From Octopus bimaculoides (Eukaryota): 63,403 bases of DNA. The position numbers were made by a program, and so were the translations under genes. The stretch covers positions 62,599,842 through 62,663,244 of the forward strand of contig NC_068984.1 of assembly GCF_001194135.2 (NCBI RefSeq), written 5' to 3'. How positions within the stretch are numbered: the first letter of the stretch is position 1; each line of letters starts with the position of its first letter. The notes under the pieces are model-generated. The model saw only the letters and a list, made by a program, of their open reading frames with translations. It searched no databases and was not told the origin of the DNA. This document shows, piece after piece, positions 24,211-38,830 of the stretch.

Positions 24211-27200
24211 ACTACACTGTATTGTGGAGAAGAACACATTGACATCATCCTAGATCATTGATTACAGTCTAATTAGAAACGTAACTAAACATGTAGGTGC
24301 ATCTTCTATGTACAAAACAAAGTAACACAGCAATAATATATTGGACAGCGGAGGTATAAGTTTAAAAGAAGCTGTTATTGAAAACGCATGGAAATGTATG
24401 TGGATTGTTAAAAACGAAACACTCTAAAACACATTAAGAAATATTCCTAAAGTCGATACGAATCAAAACAATCTCCTAAAACAAAGATGAGAAGGAGCCA
24501 CATACGGCTCTGATTGCATTCTGCTCCTTCCTATCCGTGCAAATTGTCTTCTCTGAAAATTTTCTTGATTAATTTCAGCAATTGAATTTTCGAAGAGTGA
24601 AGAAGTGCTCCAACTTAGGTTCACAATCTTTTGGCTGTTGATATTCCACTAAAATGTCATCTGCCATTGAGAGTCATCTGGTATTTCTCACTCCTCCATC
24701 TCAAGCATCAAAGTATTTTCTTTGCTTACTTTTTATCTTGTGAGCACATGATTCGCATCCCCATTCATTTCTGACCGTTATTTGCTTCAATTAACATCTC
24801 TTCTCAAAGCAGTAAAATTATGAGGTGGTAGTTCTGATCGTAGGTACTGCTCAGTCTTTCGCCTGAAGAGGAAATTCACTGTATTCTCTGTCATCATCAA
24901 CCCCCTGGTTCTTGTTATAATGGAATCGTGGTCATTACTTTGGCTTTTATTCCGGCTTCTTGGAGATGAACCAGGTGATGTTGTAACAACGGAAGAATCC
25001 AACACAGTTTCAGTAACGAGTACTTCTGCTACAGTTCCTGCTTGATTCCATATTTTTCTATTGTCTTTCCTTTCCTTCTAAGCGGGAGTATCAATCCTTT
25101 CACTAATTTCCTTTTGGCAAAGGAAATTAGCTCATCTACCCTGACTGAGCCGTTGCATCGACCCCATAACATAACCACTCCTTCAATGAAGTAAATCTAC
25201 TGAATAGTCGTATAACCTTCGGAAATGAAAAGAATATGGATGGTGTTACCGATTCGACATCATCAGATGTTGTTTAGAACCAAAGTTAGTGCTAAACGTA
25301 TACCCATAGTGATGCAAAAAGGTAGCATGACAAAGTTTGAAGCTTGTGCTAATAACTCAATAGTTCCTCATGAAGTGTACAGATCTACACACTTTCCCAT
25401 TTTTTTTATTTGATCTGAAAATCAAGCTCATATTTACCCACCCTCCAGCATGTTTCAACACGATGTAAACATAATCTCACTTCGAAACCTATATATGCTA
25501 CTCAGGTTGTTAGAGTTTATACATTAGTGCTATTTTTCGAGATAATTGTGTGTTCATATAAGTATACGTGTGGCAAACCGTCGCAAAATATTTGTCCAGT
25601 TTGTAAGAAATCTGTCTTGTAATTCTAAAGGTTCCCTATTATTGTGCGGCACCTTGGGCATGTATCATTCATGAAACATGGATGCATATGAGATTTGTGA
25701 ATGAAAGGGGATTGCCAGAAACCACACTCAAACACGTAGCAGTAATTCTAACAGGCAAGCCTGAGCTGGATATTGAATCTCAATGAAGATTAGTTGTGAA
25801 TTTTGTGATTTACTCAACTATATATCAGTAATTACATATTTCAAGTACATGTAGTGTTTGTTGCTCATACAGCTACAGAAATAATTGCAGGAACTGATGA
25901 CGCATCCATTTAATTGTTAATATATCAGTACTACTATGAACATTTTATATTTTCATGTGTGTATTGGTATATATATTTCCAATAGTAAGATAATTTTATA
26001 GGACATTCTAATTCTGTTTGCCTAAAACATAGGTTTTATTTTCCCACCGGCAGGGCAACATAATGCATACACACCAATTTTTTCAAAGTGAATGAAAGAA
26101 ATTTGCCCTACACGGCGAGTATCCAGCTACCAAACAGAAACTTCAGTTGATTCCTATTATGGATTTCCAGAATTAAACATTTGGTACAGTTAAGTACATA
26201 TTGTAGGAGGTGAGAACACAATATGGAAGAAACGTTGCCTGATAATTAGAGAAATCGAAAGATAAATATATGTATGTGAATTGCACATATGTATGGATAT
26301 ATATATATATATATACACAGACATACGTATATATGTGTGTATACATATGTGTATACATATATATGCATATATGTGTGTGCATGTGCATATATATACGCAC
26401 ACACACACATATATATATATATATANNNNNNNNNNNNNNNNNNNNNNNNNNNNNNNNNNNNNNNNNNNNNNNNNNNNNNNNNNNNNNNNNNNNNNNNNNN
26501 NNNNNNNNNNNNNNNNNNNNNNNNNNNNNNNNNNNNNNNNNNNNNNNNNNNNNNNNNNNNNNNNNNNNNNNNNNNNNNNNNNNNNNNNNNNNNNNNNNNN
26601 NNNNNNNNNNNNNNNNNNATATATATATATATAGATAGATAGATCGGTGTGTGCGTGCACTCTCTGTATATATATGTAAATATTTATGAAGCTAAATAAA
26701 TGGATTAATGCATGCAGAATAGATAATAACTTAGGAATATACTGCTTCTTCTACATCAACGATAAGCATGTCTTGTTTTAGAACAACGAAAGCAAAAACG
26801 CAAAACCATAATAGCAGCTTTAGAAATGTTTTAAAACCACCACATATAATATATGTACTAAGTTGTATATATGTATTATAATGAACACGTGAGAAGCTGT
26901 TAAAAGAATGACATCTTTACCGCCAACATGAACATCGTAAAAAAAAGGAAAAGTAAAAAGGAAAAAATGAAATACGCATCTCCTCAACCATACTATCTCA
27001 TTATCTTGAGATTTCAGTTTGTATTAACTAAAAAGAAAAAAAATCTAACCATAACAAGTGCTAAAACATACGAACAATAACAGGAAAATGTTATCAATAA
27101 TCTAACTAAGGAGAGGGAAAAGATTTGAGAATTTCTCCATGAACTTTTGATATGTGTTGATTAATATTTACTAACCACGCTAATCATCAACGATTGAAAG

Positions 27201-27282
27201 CATCTGCTCTCCTGCTCATCTTTATTATATCTATGTGTCACCGTCCCCTCAATGCTGTATTATTTATTCTCTAGCTATCACT

Positions 27283-27325
<43 letters not shown>

Positions 27326-27602
27326 TGTGTGTATGGGTGCGCGCGCTTATATACATGTACGTATTGTACCTGCGTAAATACTGCTATTTGCACATATATA
27401 CATACATATACGTATACACACACAAATACATACATACATATATGCATTCATTCATACATTCATACATACGTACATACATACATACAAACACACATACATA
27501 CCGTTCTGTCTCGTATGTACTATCTCCTTCTCCCATTCAGATATAATGTTGCAGTAGTTTCTGCGATTCTTGTTATCGATCAAATTTAATGTAGATTGGA
27601 AT

Positions 27603-27649
<47 letters not shown>

Positions 27650-27894
27650 GAGCGTGTGTGTGTTTTTGCGAGCGTGTGTACATGTAAGTATATGTATATA
27701 TATATTTAATAACAACTTAAGTGCATAATTTAAAAGAATGTCGACTATTGTAAAATGCCAGACTGTTTGTATTCAATACATGACTAAAGAACAGGAGAAT
27801 ACAGAAAAAGATCTTTAAATAATGTTCGAATTTTAGTTAAAACTATATTTACTAACGGTCGAGGATCAAATGCTTGACATTATTTAATGGACTT

Positions 27895-28115
27895 ATAGCG
27901 GCGAGCAGTTTGAATAGTTAGCAGGCCGGCGAAAATGTTCAACGGCTTTTCGCCCGTCTTTACGTTCTGATTTCAAATTCCACCGAGGCAGACTTTGCTT
28001 TTCATCATTTCAGCTGTCGATGAAATAAATACCAGTTGAATACTGAGGCCGATGTAATCGACTTAGCCCATTTCTGCAAATTTCTGGCTTTGTGTCAACA
28101 TTTGAAACAATTATT
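27895..28115 (+). mobile_element. SINE family B
   Basis: GCGGCGAGCAGTTTGAATAGTTAGCAGGCCGG...TTCAAATTCCACCGAGG...GATGTAATCGACTTAG. Confidence 0.8.
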
Positions 28116-28909
28116 TAACAGACTCAATGTACTGAAAACATTTTATTTATTTCATCATTTACACCATAATGCATACTGGTGATGTTTCATTTATCGACGT
28201 CTAATGAAAGACACGATGTTTAAATTTCTAGCATTGAACCGTGTTGGCCTTATAATTATATTTTAGCTCATTTAATTATATTTTAGCTCTCCAAAATGCA
28301 TTTTGTACTTATTATAATAGTTATTGTCTTTTTTTTTTATCAGAGTTAGTAAATAATATAATTGATATGACATCAAGTGCAAAATGTTTCAGCTTGAAGT
28401 AGTACGATGACTACTAATTTATGAGGCATATTATCATATGTTCAGTGTACACACTGTAATTTCCTGTGTATTGTAATAAATAAAGAATGGGAATGAGGAA
28501 GTTCCTTCACAAATTTGTCTAAATCCAAACCCAGCTGTGTTTTCTGTCAAATGAACCAAATTGTAATATACTGCAATGCACAAGTTAAAAGACAATTTCC
28601 TCTGCTAAACAAGAATTGACGTCTGGTATAATAGTTGATACCTTAGAGAAGTAAAAGTAATTATGTTAAAAGTGATTTAACATATACATTTATTACGAGC
28701 TACCAGATCTCTTTATATAAAGCTAGATAATCATTCGAAAGATAGCAAACTCAACTTACACAACAATACATTCTGCCTAGTTAATATACATAAATGTCAA
28801 CAGTGGCAGTGAAAAGGTACAATCATCCAGATTACCGCTGCTCGAAGTTTGCTTTACGAATGAAATATAAATACCAAAATATAAAGAGAATATAAATAAA
28901 AATATAAAG

Positions 28910-29125
28910 CGAGTTACCCGGTTTCATGGCGTATATGTCCCCCACCTGTACAGGACGTCGGTCCGTCGCAGGATTACTCATTTTTGTCAGCTGTGTGGAC
29001 TGGAGTAACAAGAAATGAAATGTTTTGCTCAAGAATACAACACATCAAGTGGTCCATGAATCGAAACCGCAATCTTACGATCAAGACTCCAAGAAACTTA
29101 ACACTAAATCACGCCCCTCCACACA
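28910..29125 (-). mobile_element. tRNA-derived SINE family C (MetaSINE-like central domain)
   Basis: Minus strand: tRNA-like head, TTCTTGAGCAAAACATTTC...CAGTCCACACAGCTGACAAAAATGAGTAATCCTGCGACGGAC...GAAACCGGG. Confidence 0.6.
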
Positions 29126-29134
29126 CACACACAA

Positions 29135-29182
<48 letters not shown>

Positions 29183-29256
29183 ATGATAATAATATTAGGG
29201 ATAAAAATCCAAACTTACAGGTAAATTGTTCTTCTTTTCTCTAAATTATATATATA

Positions 29257-31080
29257 GGCGCAGGAGTGGCTGGGCGTTGGACAAAAAGTCCTGTTAAGCT
29301 GCTTGGAATCTGGTTCGGGTCAGGCCTTCAGATAGAGAAAAATTGCAGCAAGGTGACCAGCAGGGTGACTGCTGTAACCCAGACCTGGCCTGGTTGGGCG
29401 TTATCCTTTCTAGGAAAGACGGAGGTGGTGCAGATGTTTATAGGATCGGTTATCACCTACCGTCTGACCGTAGTGCCTTGCCCCGATTTGTGGTTGAACA
29501 AGTTGGAAAGAATCCTTTTCCACTTTTTGTGGAAGGGAGGAAAGCCACTCGTGAAGCGCTCTGTCTGCTGCCAGAAACCGGTAAAGGGTGGGCTAGGGAT
29601 GCCTTGGCTGAGGATGCGAAAATTCGCGATAAGGTTGCGGCACCTTTGGCTTTACCTGGATGGAGAGCAGGTGTGGTCACCGCACGTCCGGTTCTACCTT
29701 CTGCAATTAACGTCCTTAACGGACGTTGGTAATTGGATCAAGCAGAGAAATAGACTGGGGGACTGGCAATTGGTGTGCCGACAGGCACTTCAGCTACTCT
29801 CTCGAGCGTGCAATGTCGGCAATAGGCGTTCCACCGCGGATTATTACAGAGGGTTAGTGCGATTTAGGTCCGAAGACGCCTTGGGGGAGACCCTGGTCTA
29901 CGATGAAAATCAGTTGACCAACCTGTTTAGGAAAACTTTCGGGTTGGGGTATCTGGACAATTACCAGAAATCCCTGGCTTGGCAGTGCTTCGTGTGGCGT
30001 TACCTATCGTGATAAACTGTCAAGGCATGGAAGTGCCGTATCGCCGACGTGTCCGAGGTGCAGGCGGGACAGGGAAACCGTCTTGCACGCATTTGTAGAA
30101 TGTCAGGAATTAACGAGAATGATAGTTTTCGCAGAACAATTGGTATCATCGATGGGAAGAGTACAACTATCAGCTGAATCTATGATCGAGATTGTGCCGC
30201 CTCCTTCCCTCAACAGGGAAAGGAAGGCTTGCTTTTCCTGCGTAGTAGCCATACTGAAAGAAACAGTATGGAAGACGCTTGTAAGAGGCATAGTGACGGA
30301 TACCTCTGTATCTCGCCAGGGGTTAGTTAACTTTTTTTGCTACCATCTCAGTAGTAAGATCAGGCTGGAGAAGAGGTACCTGTCATGGTACAGATTCATG
30401 AGAAGATGGAAGGCTGTGGCGAGGAAGCTGGGAGTGTTTGGCACCAGGTAAGTGGAAGCCAAAAACAAGGGAAAGAAAAAGGCAAGGGTCTACCTTGGTG
30501 GTCGGACGCCTATCCTTCAGGAAAGCCAATACAAATTGCATCTGTAATGAGCAATGCTTTAATCGAACATTGTAAATATAATCAAATTATTATTGTATAT
30601 TTAAAATTGTAAATATTTAATCGATACAGCTACTTCACCCCTTTTATGTTAGTCTGTCTTTGTTCGCCCCCTCTTTGTAATGCCTTTATGACAAATTTTT
30701 ATGAAATAAAGTAGCTTGCTTACCAACCACATGGTTCCGGGTTCAGTCCAACTGTGTGGCACCTTGGACAAGTGTTTTCTACTATAGCCTCGGGCCGACC
30801 AAAGCCTTGTGAGTGGATTTTGTAGACGGAAACTGAAAGCAGCCCGTCGTATATATGTATATGTATATGTGTGTGTTTGTGTGTCTGTGTTTGTCCCCCA
30901 ACATCGCTTGACAACCGAATGGTGTTGTGTTTACGTCCCCCGTAACTTACCGGTTCGGCAAAATGACACCGATAGAATAAGTACTAGGCTTACAAAGAAT
31001 AAGTACTGGGGTCGATGTGCTCGACTAAAAGGCGGTGCTCCAGCATGGCCGCAGTTAAATGACTGAAACGAGTAAAATAG
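29257..31080 (+). mobile_element. SINE family A split by a Tx1 insertion (head 29257-29272, remainder 30709-31080)
   Basis: GGCGCAGGAGTGGCTG | Tx1 | AAGTAGCTTGCTTACCAACCACATGGTTCCGGGTTCAGTCC; the halves join to the family head with ~6 nt missing. Confidence 0.8.
29273..30710 (+). mobile_element. Tx1/L1-clade LINE, 5'-truncated ORF2 C-terminus and 3'UTR
   Basis: GRWTKSPVKLLGIWFG...FLWKGGKPLVKRSVCCQKPVKGGLGMP...; CPRCRRDRETVLHAFVEC zinc knuckle; ends at AATAAA. Confidence 0.9.
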
Positions 31081-31470
31081 TGTATATATGGGGAGGGGTG
31101 TACATATGTATGTGTAAAAACGTTTCAATGTATATGCTCATATATAATTATACAGAGAGAGAAGGAAAGAGAGAGGAATTCAGATATGCAGATATGCAGA
31201 CTAGCAGACAAGCATACAAAGTAAGAAATACACCACTATACGTAGTATAAACTTGTAAAAAATGACAGCATTTTTTAAATAATAAGCTAAAATTGCATTT
31301 AGAAATAAATCAACATGAGATACAGTCCATTTATTCGATATATACTTGTTACAACATACTGTCAAGATGGTTTTTGTACCATGTTCATTTGCTAAAAGTT
31401 GTGTATATTTTCAATAATCAATGTAGCACACATTCCATCCACGTACAGATTTAAATATCATTATTAACGC

Positions 31471-31513
<43 letters not shown>

Positions 31514-33239
31514 GTGTGCGCGCGTGTGTGTGTGTAAAGTGTTAGAGTGAAACACAAATACATCACAACACACAAATCTTATTCTATATGCATTTATTGC
31601 ATACAGTTCTTTTGGTTAACATGAATTTCGGTAGGAAATATATGCAGTAAATGTATATTGAATAAACTTAGCATATTGTGATATACTTCCGCAGTATATC
31701 GTACATTACTGAACATAATTTAGACGTTCCTACTTTGAAACACTTTATGAACATAGTTGGAATGACATATCCTATGTAGAATTTTTTAATATACATAGAT
31801 TTTTATGATTAATTCATTAAATCATTCATTGCAGCGTCTTTTTGATAAGAATCTGCATTTCATCAGGTCGCTTTTATCATTACTTGTAACCCTATACAAT
31901 CAAACATTATTTTTCCTAGCACTATATTTGTAAAAATACGCAGCAAAGATTATTATTGAAGATAAATATAATACAAGTTGTTTAGTATTTTCGTCCATAA
32001 AGTAAGTTGAACTTACGTCTCTCCCCATTAGTGCTACCACTGATCCACATGTAAAATAAATTGACACTAATTAGAAAAAAATACACGCACCTCTCGCACA
32101 CAAACATATAAATATAGGTATATATGCGTGTATTTATATATGTATATAGATAGATAGCTAGATAGATAGACATGCGCATATATCTTCGTACCTGATGCAC
32201 AAATTCAGAATAACGCCAGAAAAAGATAAAGTTTTCTGCTGCGATACCTGGAAAAGGAAAATTCTATTGATCTTTGAAAAAAATATGTGCATTAGCTTCC
32301 GTGCATATAATTTCAATTCGCTTCTCAGTGTACAAGTATTAAATATTTTAACAACACACCTATGATTATACGGAATGTTAGTTGACAAAAATAATAAAAA
32401 GATAATATAAATGAACTGAAATTGAGCGTGAAGATATGAAGAACAAATTGCATGAGTGGATGTAATTTTTCTGAACAGCAAGAGAATGATCATTTAGCAA
32501 TATGAAAATCATATTTAAAAGCTATGTATGTTACTTATGGACTCATAAGCTTCACACCTCATGCTATTCATGTAGACATTCTCCCATATCGGCTCGAATC
32601 ATCAACACAGACTGAAGAAAAAAAACCGGAAGTCACCAGACCAAATAGAAATTGCAGACAATTTATCCTGCACCCAGGAGATAAAACAGGAAAACATGAT
32701 GTTATTTTGTTGCGCCTGATATTTAGAATATTTTCAATTTCGTAGTTATAATTTAATTTTGATTGTAGTTACGTATTAATCTAATTTGAAAATATAATGG
32801 ACAAATAAATTTGTGTTGGTTCATTGTTGCAATCCAATTTTATAAAAGTATCATAAATATTATAGTTGTAATTACATTTTGCTTTTAGTTACATATTAAG
32901 CAAATTCAGGAATATAATTTACAAATAAGTGTGTCGTCTTCGATCAAATGTGTGAGTTAGTGTGTGTATGCACATTTGTGTGTGTGCGTGCGCGCGCGCG
33001 CGTATGTGTGTGTGCGTGCGTGCGCGCGCGTGTATGTGTGTGTGCGTGCGTTGTGTGTTTGTGTGTGTGTGTGTAAATATACTTGTATATAAATGTGAAA
33101 TTTATGTGAAATTTAATTTGCTATTATAAAATTGTCTGTGAATAACAACGGATTTATCGTGCGGATAATGTCGCGGATGTTAAAATATTCTTGTAGACAA
33201 TATATTTGAAAATACATCGAGTTGGGTAATGGATGATGT

Positions 33240-33298
33240 CATCGGACTTCAAGGAAGGGTTTCTGCATCGGACTTCAGGGAAGGGGTTTCTGCATCGG
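33240..33298 (+). repeat. 26/27-bp tandem duplication
   Basis: CATCGGACTTCA(A/G)GGAAGGG(G)TTTCTG twice, then CATCGG. Confidence 0.9.
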
Positions 33299-33599
33299 TA
33301 CACTTCTACAAAGTACAATCTGATAACCTAGTTCTATGTAACTCCCATTAGTGTGTTTGGTATGCCAAATGTCCATCAGACAACAGTCATTTCAAAATAT
33401 TTACCCTAATTGCCTTGTTTGTGATTTAAAGGGAGAGTGAGCATGTATCTACTTCATTTTCTGTTTGTCTTACCTTCTGCAGGTCGATTCTTACGGAGGC
33501 ATAGCGAGAGGGTTCAAGTTGTCTCGTCATTCTGTAGTATAATTTTGATTTTTTAACGTTTTTTTTTTTCATCATTCAGTGTATTTATTTTTCAATCTG

Positions 33600-34860
33600 A
33601 GCTTTATATTTTGGTTATATATAATAAAAAATTATTTTCCTTTTTCAATTTTTTATGCTTTCTTTTTGCATTGGTCAGTATCCTTTGCTTCTGGATATTT
33701 TTAATGTCTGTTTGTTGTTGTTTCTTTTTTGCTTGTCTTGTTCTGGAGTATTATCTCGCTTCAATGAGACTACGTCGTATTTATGTTGGGTTTTATTCTA
33801 TTTATATCAGCATTTCACTGATGGCTTCTAAATGTTTTACTTGTCCTTTCTTTAATGTTCCATTTAAGCTATTCCATTCACTTGCAGTTTTTTTTTTATG
33901 TTGAAGCTTCAGATTAAAACCATGACAGTAACCATTTTTAGACATATACTTTTATTTCCTATACTGAATAGGGTTGTTTTAAATTACTTTGGCTTTTTTT
34001 CTCGTTTTCGTTTCTAATATCCCTCCATATAGTTTGTTTTTCATTTTATGTATTTCAACTAGTCCTATGTATGTCGATGAAGGATTCTACTCTAATTCTC
34101 TTATTTCAGTGCTGGTTTTATTTGATGTTCACAGATTTATTTAATGTTTTCCGTTTTAAAAGAAGCTTTGTCACATTTTTCTAATCTCATAACTATTTTT
34201 ATGTTTTGACTAAATTTGGAAACGCTTAGTTGTAGGATTGCCAAAAAATTATGATAACCTTGTAAATATTTCCATTCTAAATAATGATTCTCTTTGGGAA
34301 ATTTCAATAGTTGAGGGAATAGATTTGGTTTATGAATCCCTTCTCCTTGCCATATAATGACATTATTGCTGTTATCGTTTTCGGAGTGTTTGGATATTCT
34401 GTTTTGGAGAAATAACTTTGCTTTCTGCTCCCGTAGCAGTTTATTCTGGTATGTTTTGTAAAGCATTAGATACTACGCTAATACACCCATGGGTTTTGGC
34501 TGAATGCTTCAAATCTTTGCTGTTGCTTTAAATGAGTAATGTATTGGTGAGATTCATGTGATAATGATAGAAATTGTTCGCAGGGCTATTATATATTACC
34601 TTCTTTATCTCTGTTTTATTATCGTTTCTTGCATTGAATTTGCTTTCAAAGTTCTATCCCGAAATTTTAAAATCTTCTTTGGCATTGAGTGTTTTCCAGT
34701 TGTAAGTACTTTCTATATTGCTTTGGTGTTTGATTTAAATACCTTGTTCCTATGGAAGAAGCAGTCACATTTCTCGATGCCCCTTATCATGCATGCTCTT
34801 ACTGAAATAATTTGTTTAATTTTGTTCTCTTCCGTTAAGTGTGATCAATTATTTTCATCA
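33600..34860 (-). mobile_element. Highly degenerate LINE-like block (possibly R4-type RT N-terminus)
   Basis: A-rich minus strand; fragments RNKVFKSNTKAI and NIPE*TATG..KVISPK loosely resemble R4-clade pre-RT motifs; many stops. Confidence 0.3.
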
Positions 34861-35104
34861 GAATTGTACATAACCTTCTGATTTACGATCTAACTAGATA
34901 ATAAACATTTGTTATTATTTATAATTTTCTATCTATCTATTTTAACTTTCTATGTGGTAGATATTAGAATGCTCACATTATTATCTCAGATCCAGTATAC
35001 ATTCTCTAATATCCGTGAAAATATATATAAACACCGAACAACTATTGATCATAAACATGCTCAGAAAAATATTTGTGTGCACATGTACGCAGGCCTGATT
35101 TTAA

Positions 35105-35580
<476 letters not shown>

Positions 35581-36484
35581 AATAATGTGTACTGAAATAT
35601 ATGCACATTTACACATGCTAGTACCTATGAGTGCTTATCTTATTGTAATGTAATTACTAAGAGAAATAAGTTACGCGACGCTGCCCGAGAATAAATATGC
35701 AAGCTTGTAGCGAAAATAGTCTACTTTTGTTTATACTACATACACGCTGGTGCAAAGGTCAGAACATTTTAGTAATATTAGAATGACATTAGTAACTAAT
35801 TGAAAATGAAATCCCAAAGGAAATAGAAACTAAGATTATGTATTATCGCAAAATATTGTTTATTGTTGCGAGTATTGTGTTGGTTGATATGAGTTGATGA
35901 CTGATTGAGTCGTCTGAAAATATTTCTTGGGCTGCGTGAAGAAGTAACTGACACAATCCGCGAACAGTGGAGAGACATACTGCTTGCAATTTACGGCAAG
36001 TGTTACTGATACAGCAATCTCTGGCTGGCCCATCATAGCTGAAGACAATTCTGTTGTATGTTCTTGGTGACGGAGATATTTGTCGACCATATGACCTATG
36101 TCTTAACTGTCTGGCTATGGTTAGAAAATGTACAGCGAGCAGCTGCCTCAGTATACAGAAAGTTCCGCCAAAACTGGACTTTTTATAGGGTAATAGAAAG
36201 AAAATTCCAGACGATTAAATCACGCAATGACTTCATACAGATTTTTTGCTTACTATGAGTACATCAATGACGTGAAACTACTGTTGTTCAATCATAAAGC
36301 ATGACCGGCTTACCAAGCGGTTTGGTTTCGAATCACACGTATAATATTATATAACACTTAAGTAAGAATAAAACTACAACGAAGTACATTGACCACAATT
36401 TCCATAAGATTTGTGAAATTCTGCTACGTAATAAGTGTAATTGATTCAAACATAGCGTCACTATCCCAATGATCATTCGCATAT

Positions 36485-38030
36485 GCAGATATCTGAAAAG
36501 TCGGTGGGCTTGCGGCTCGGCACCTGGAGAGGCAAGTCAACGCCGTCCAACAGTGTCGATGGGCTGCCGGACGGACGGATCGATAAAGTTGCTTCGGGTT
36601 TGGTTCGGACCAGACCTCCAGGTGGGTAAGAAATAGCACGAGGTGACGATCAGAGTAGCCAGTTTTATCCAGAAATGGCATGTGAGGAAGCTGTCACTGA
36701 AAGATCGGGCGCAGGTGGCGAATGCGTACATCGCGTTCGTCATCTACTACCGCCTGATCACCGTGTCTTGCCCCCGTTCGCACCTTGCCAATTTAGCATA
36801 CCTCTTCTTCAAATTCTTGTGGAGGGGACAAGTTCCGTTGGTACAGCGGTCCATCTGCAGCCAGCATTCTATACTTGGAGGGCTGAGGATGCCAAGGCTA
36901 ATGCGTACGCATGCACCGAGACTGCTGCATCTCCAAATATTCTGCCAAAACGGTGAACAGTTTTGGTGGTCATTTGTCAAATAGGCCTTTCCCCTGCTCG
37001 TCTCCTCGACTGGGCTTCAGCCCTGGGTTAAGGAGAGACCCAGGATGACTGGCATCTGTTTCCAGGTACTCACTAACCTCTACCAGGCAGGACAATCGGT
37101 CAGTAGCACATCCACTCTTTAATTCTATACAGGGTTAGTGGTGGAAATGTGCGATGACGCACTCAGAGAGGTTTTGGACGGCAAAAAAGTTGAACTGACC
37201 AGTCTGTGCCTAAGGACTTTTGAACCTGGGACTATGGATAACTTCCAGAAATTCCTCGCTTGGCAGTGCTACTGAGGAAGGGGGGCATTGCCGGTTCCAG
37301 AGAAATTCTACACGCATGGAAATACTCTCAGACGGACCTGTCCGAGATGTATGCCGAGTGACGAAACCGTTCTGCATATACTCATCCAATGCCCATGCAT
37401 TACTTACTTGCTTTGTTATCTTGAACAGCTGTTGCCGCATGTAAGATGGATCCGGCTATCAGCCGAGTCTATATTAAAGACTGACGCACCACTTTCCTTT
37501 GGTCAGGAAAGGCAGGCAATTTTGCTCTGTCTGGTAGCAGTAGCGAAAGAGGTTCTTTGGTAGACCAAGTTGAAAGGACTGAGGTGAGACACGTTTCTCT
37601 GCGGCCAATCCCTTATCGACTTTCTCAAATTTCACTTAGAAAGGAAGATGAGGGTGGAAAGAGAAGTGATGCCTCCAGTCCATTTGCTGAAAGATGGGTT
37701 AATGTAGCGAATCTGGCCCGTGTGTGTAGATCTACTCGAATAATGCGCCTGCAGGCTGATGAATTTGAAGAGGAGAAGTGTACCCTTTCCCAGTACCCGC
37801 GAAGAGTCGGGTGTTTCAGGATTGGTGTGGTACCTGAGCCAACACTGAGTGGTCATACCTCATACTGAGGAAATCTCATTGTTATATTTTTCTTGTTTAA
37901 TGTTTATTGTTATTGTTTTCTTAACTGTATACTCTTTGTTTCGTATAAAAACCCCACTGTTCCGTCTACTGGATTGTCCCCTATATGTTGGCCCTAGTGG
38001 CCAATAAATGAAATAATAATTATTATTAAC
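36485..38030 (+). mobile_element. Tx1/L1-clade LINE (second subfamily), 5'-truncated
   Basis: KSVGLRLGTWRGKS...LRVWFGPDLQ...FLWRGQVPLV...GGLRMP; CPRCMPSDETVLHILIQCP knuckle; AATAAA then (ATT)n/(AAC)n tail; frameshifts and stops. Confidence 0.9.
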
Positions 38031-38749
38031 AACAACAACAAAAACAACAATAATTATTATTATAATTAATAATATTATGCATGCGCTTGTTGTTTCGTTT
38101 ATTAATGAGTCAACGAAGTGAACACGTCCATATTCTATTTTCAAGCATTAAAATCAAGTACATTTCAAGACAATAACTTTAATTAGCGCATTCTATTCCC
38201 GATTGTTTGAATAGTAATTAGGTAATTTAGCTTCAGATGCTATGAATTTAATGGTGCCTCGGATATGAATTCGTTTGTTATCAATTTTGGCATGGATGTT
38301 ATGTGACTTTAAACACAATGTTTGTAATGTATTAACATTTTCTAGTATTACCAAAAGAATTACATTACAAGAATATTAATTAATAGTAGTTATGAGCGAT
38401 GAAGATAGTAGATCGGAAGTTCGGGGGGCTAATTAGATTACTATCGTTTGTTTAGTCCCCCAATAGTTACCTCAAATTTCTGGTGATCGTTTGAAGAATA
38501 TTAATATTTTATTTGAGACGGAAGAAAAGATATACATCGTCTGTTACAAAGTGGGATTTGGTGGATGAATAAGAAGCGTGTATTGGAAGCCGTTGCTGTT
38601 TTTATTATTGTTTTCATTTATTCAGATGTAGTATATCAAAAACTTCATTTTCCAATCAGTTTTCCTTTTTATAAAACTTTAATATATGATTTACTGACGG
38701 TTTACCTTGTATTTCTTGCCTTGCATTTCATTTCTTTTACCATTTACTT

Positions 38750-38830
38750 CTCTAAGTCATTCGACTTCCGCCATATTGGGGCGCCGCGTTTAAGAACGTT
38801 TAGTCGAATGAATCTACCCCGGTACATTTT
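38750..38830 (-). mobile_element. SINE family A tail fragment
   Basis: GTCATTCGAC...GCCATATTGGGGCGCCGC...TTTAGTCGAATGAATCTACCCC. Confidence 0.55.

Noticed and set aside
19540-30710. Tx1 5' half (-) and Tx1 3' half (+) as one inverted element
   Set aside because: They are 6.6 kb apart, the RT core is missing, no TSD is shared, and the 3' piece sits inside its own SINE target.
33445-33545. Strong splice-like signals on both strands (CTTCTGCAG| and |GTAAGA)
   Set aside because: Short frames (VDSYGGIARGF / MTRQLEPSRYASVRIDLQK) with no matching partner site of quality.
38410-38419. AGATCGGAAG, the Illumina adapter prefix
   Set aside because: The match stops at 10 nt and lies mid-contig; consistent with chance.
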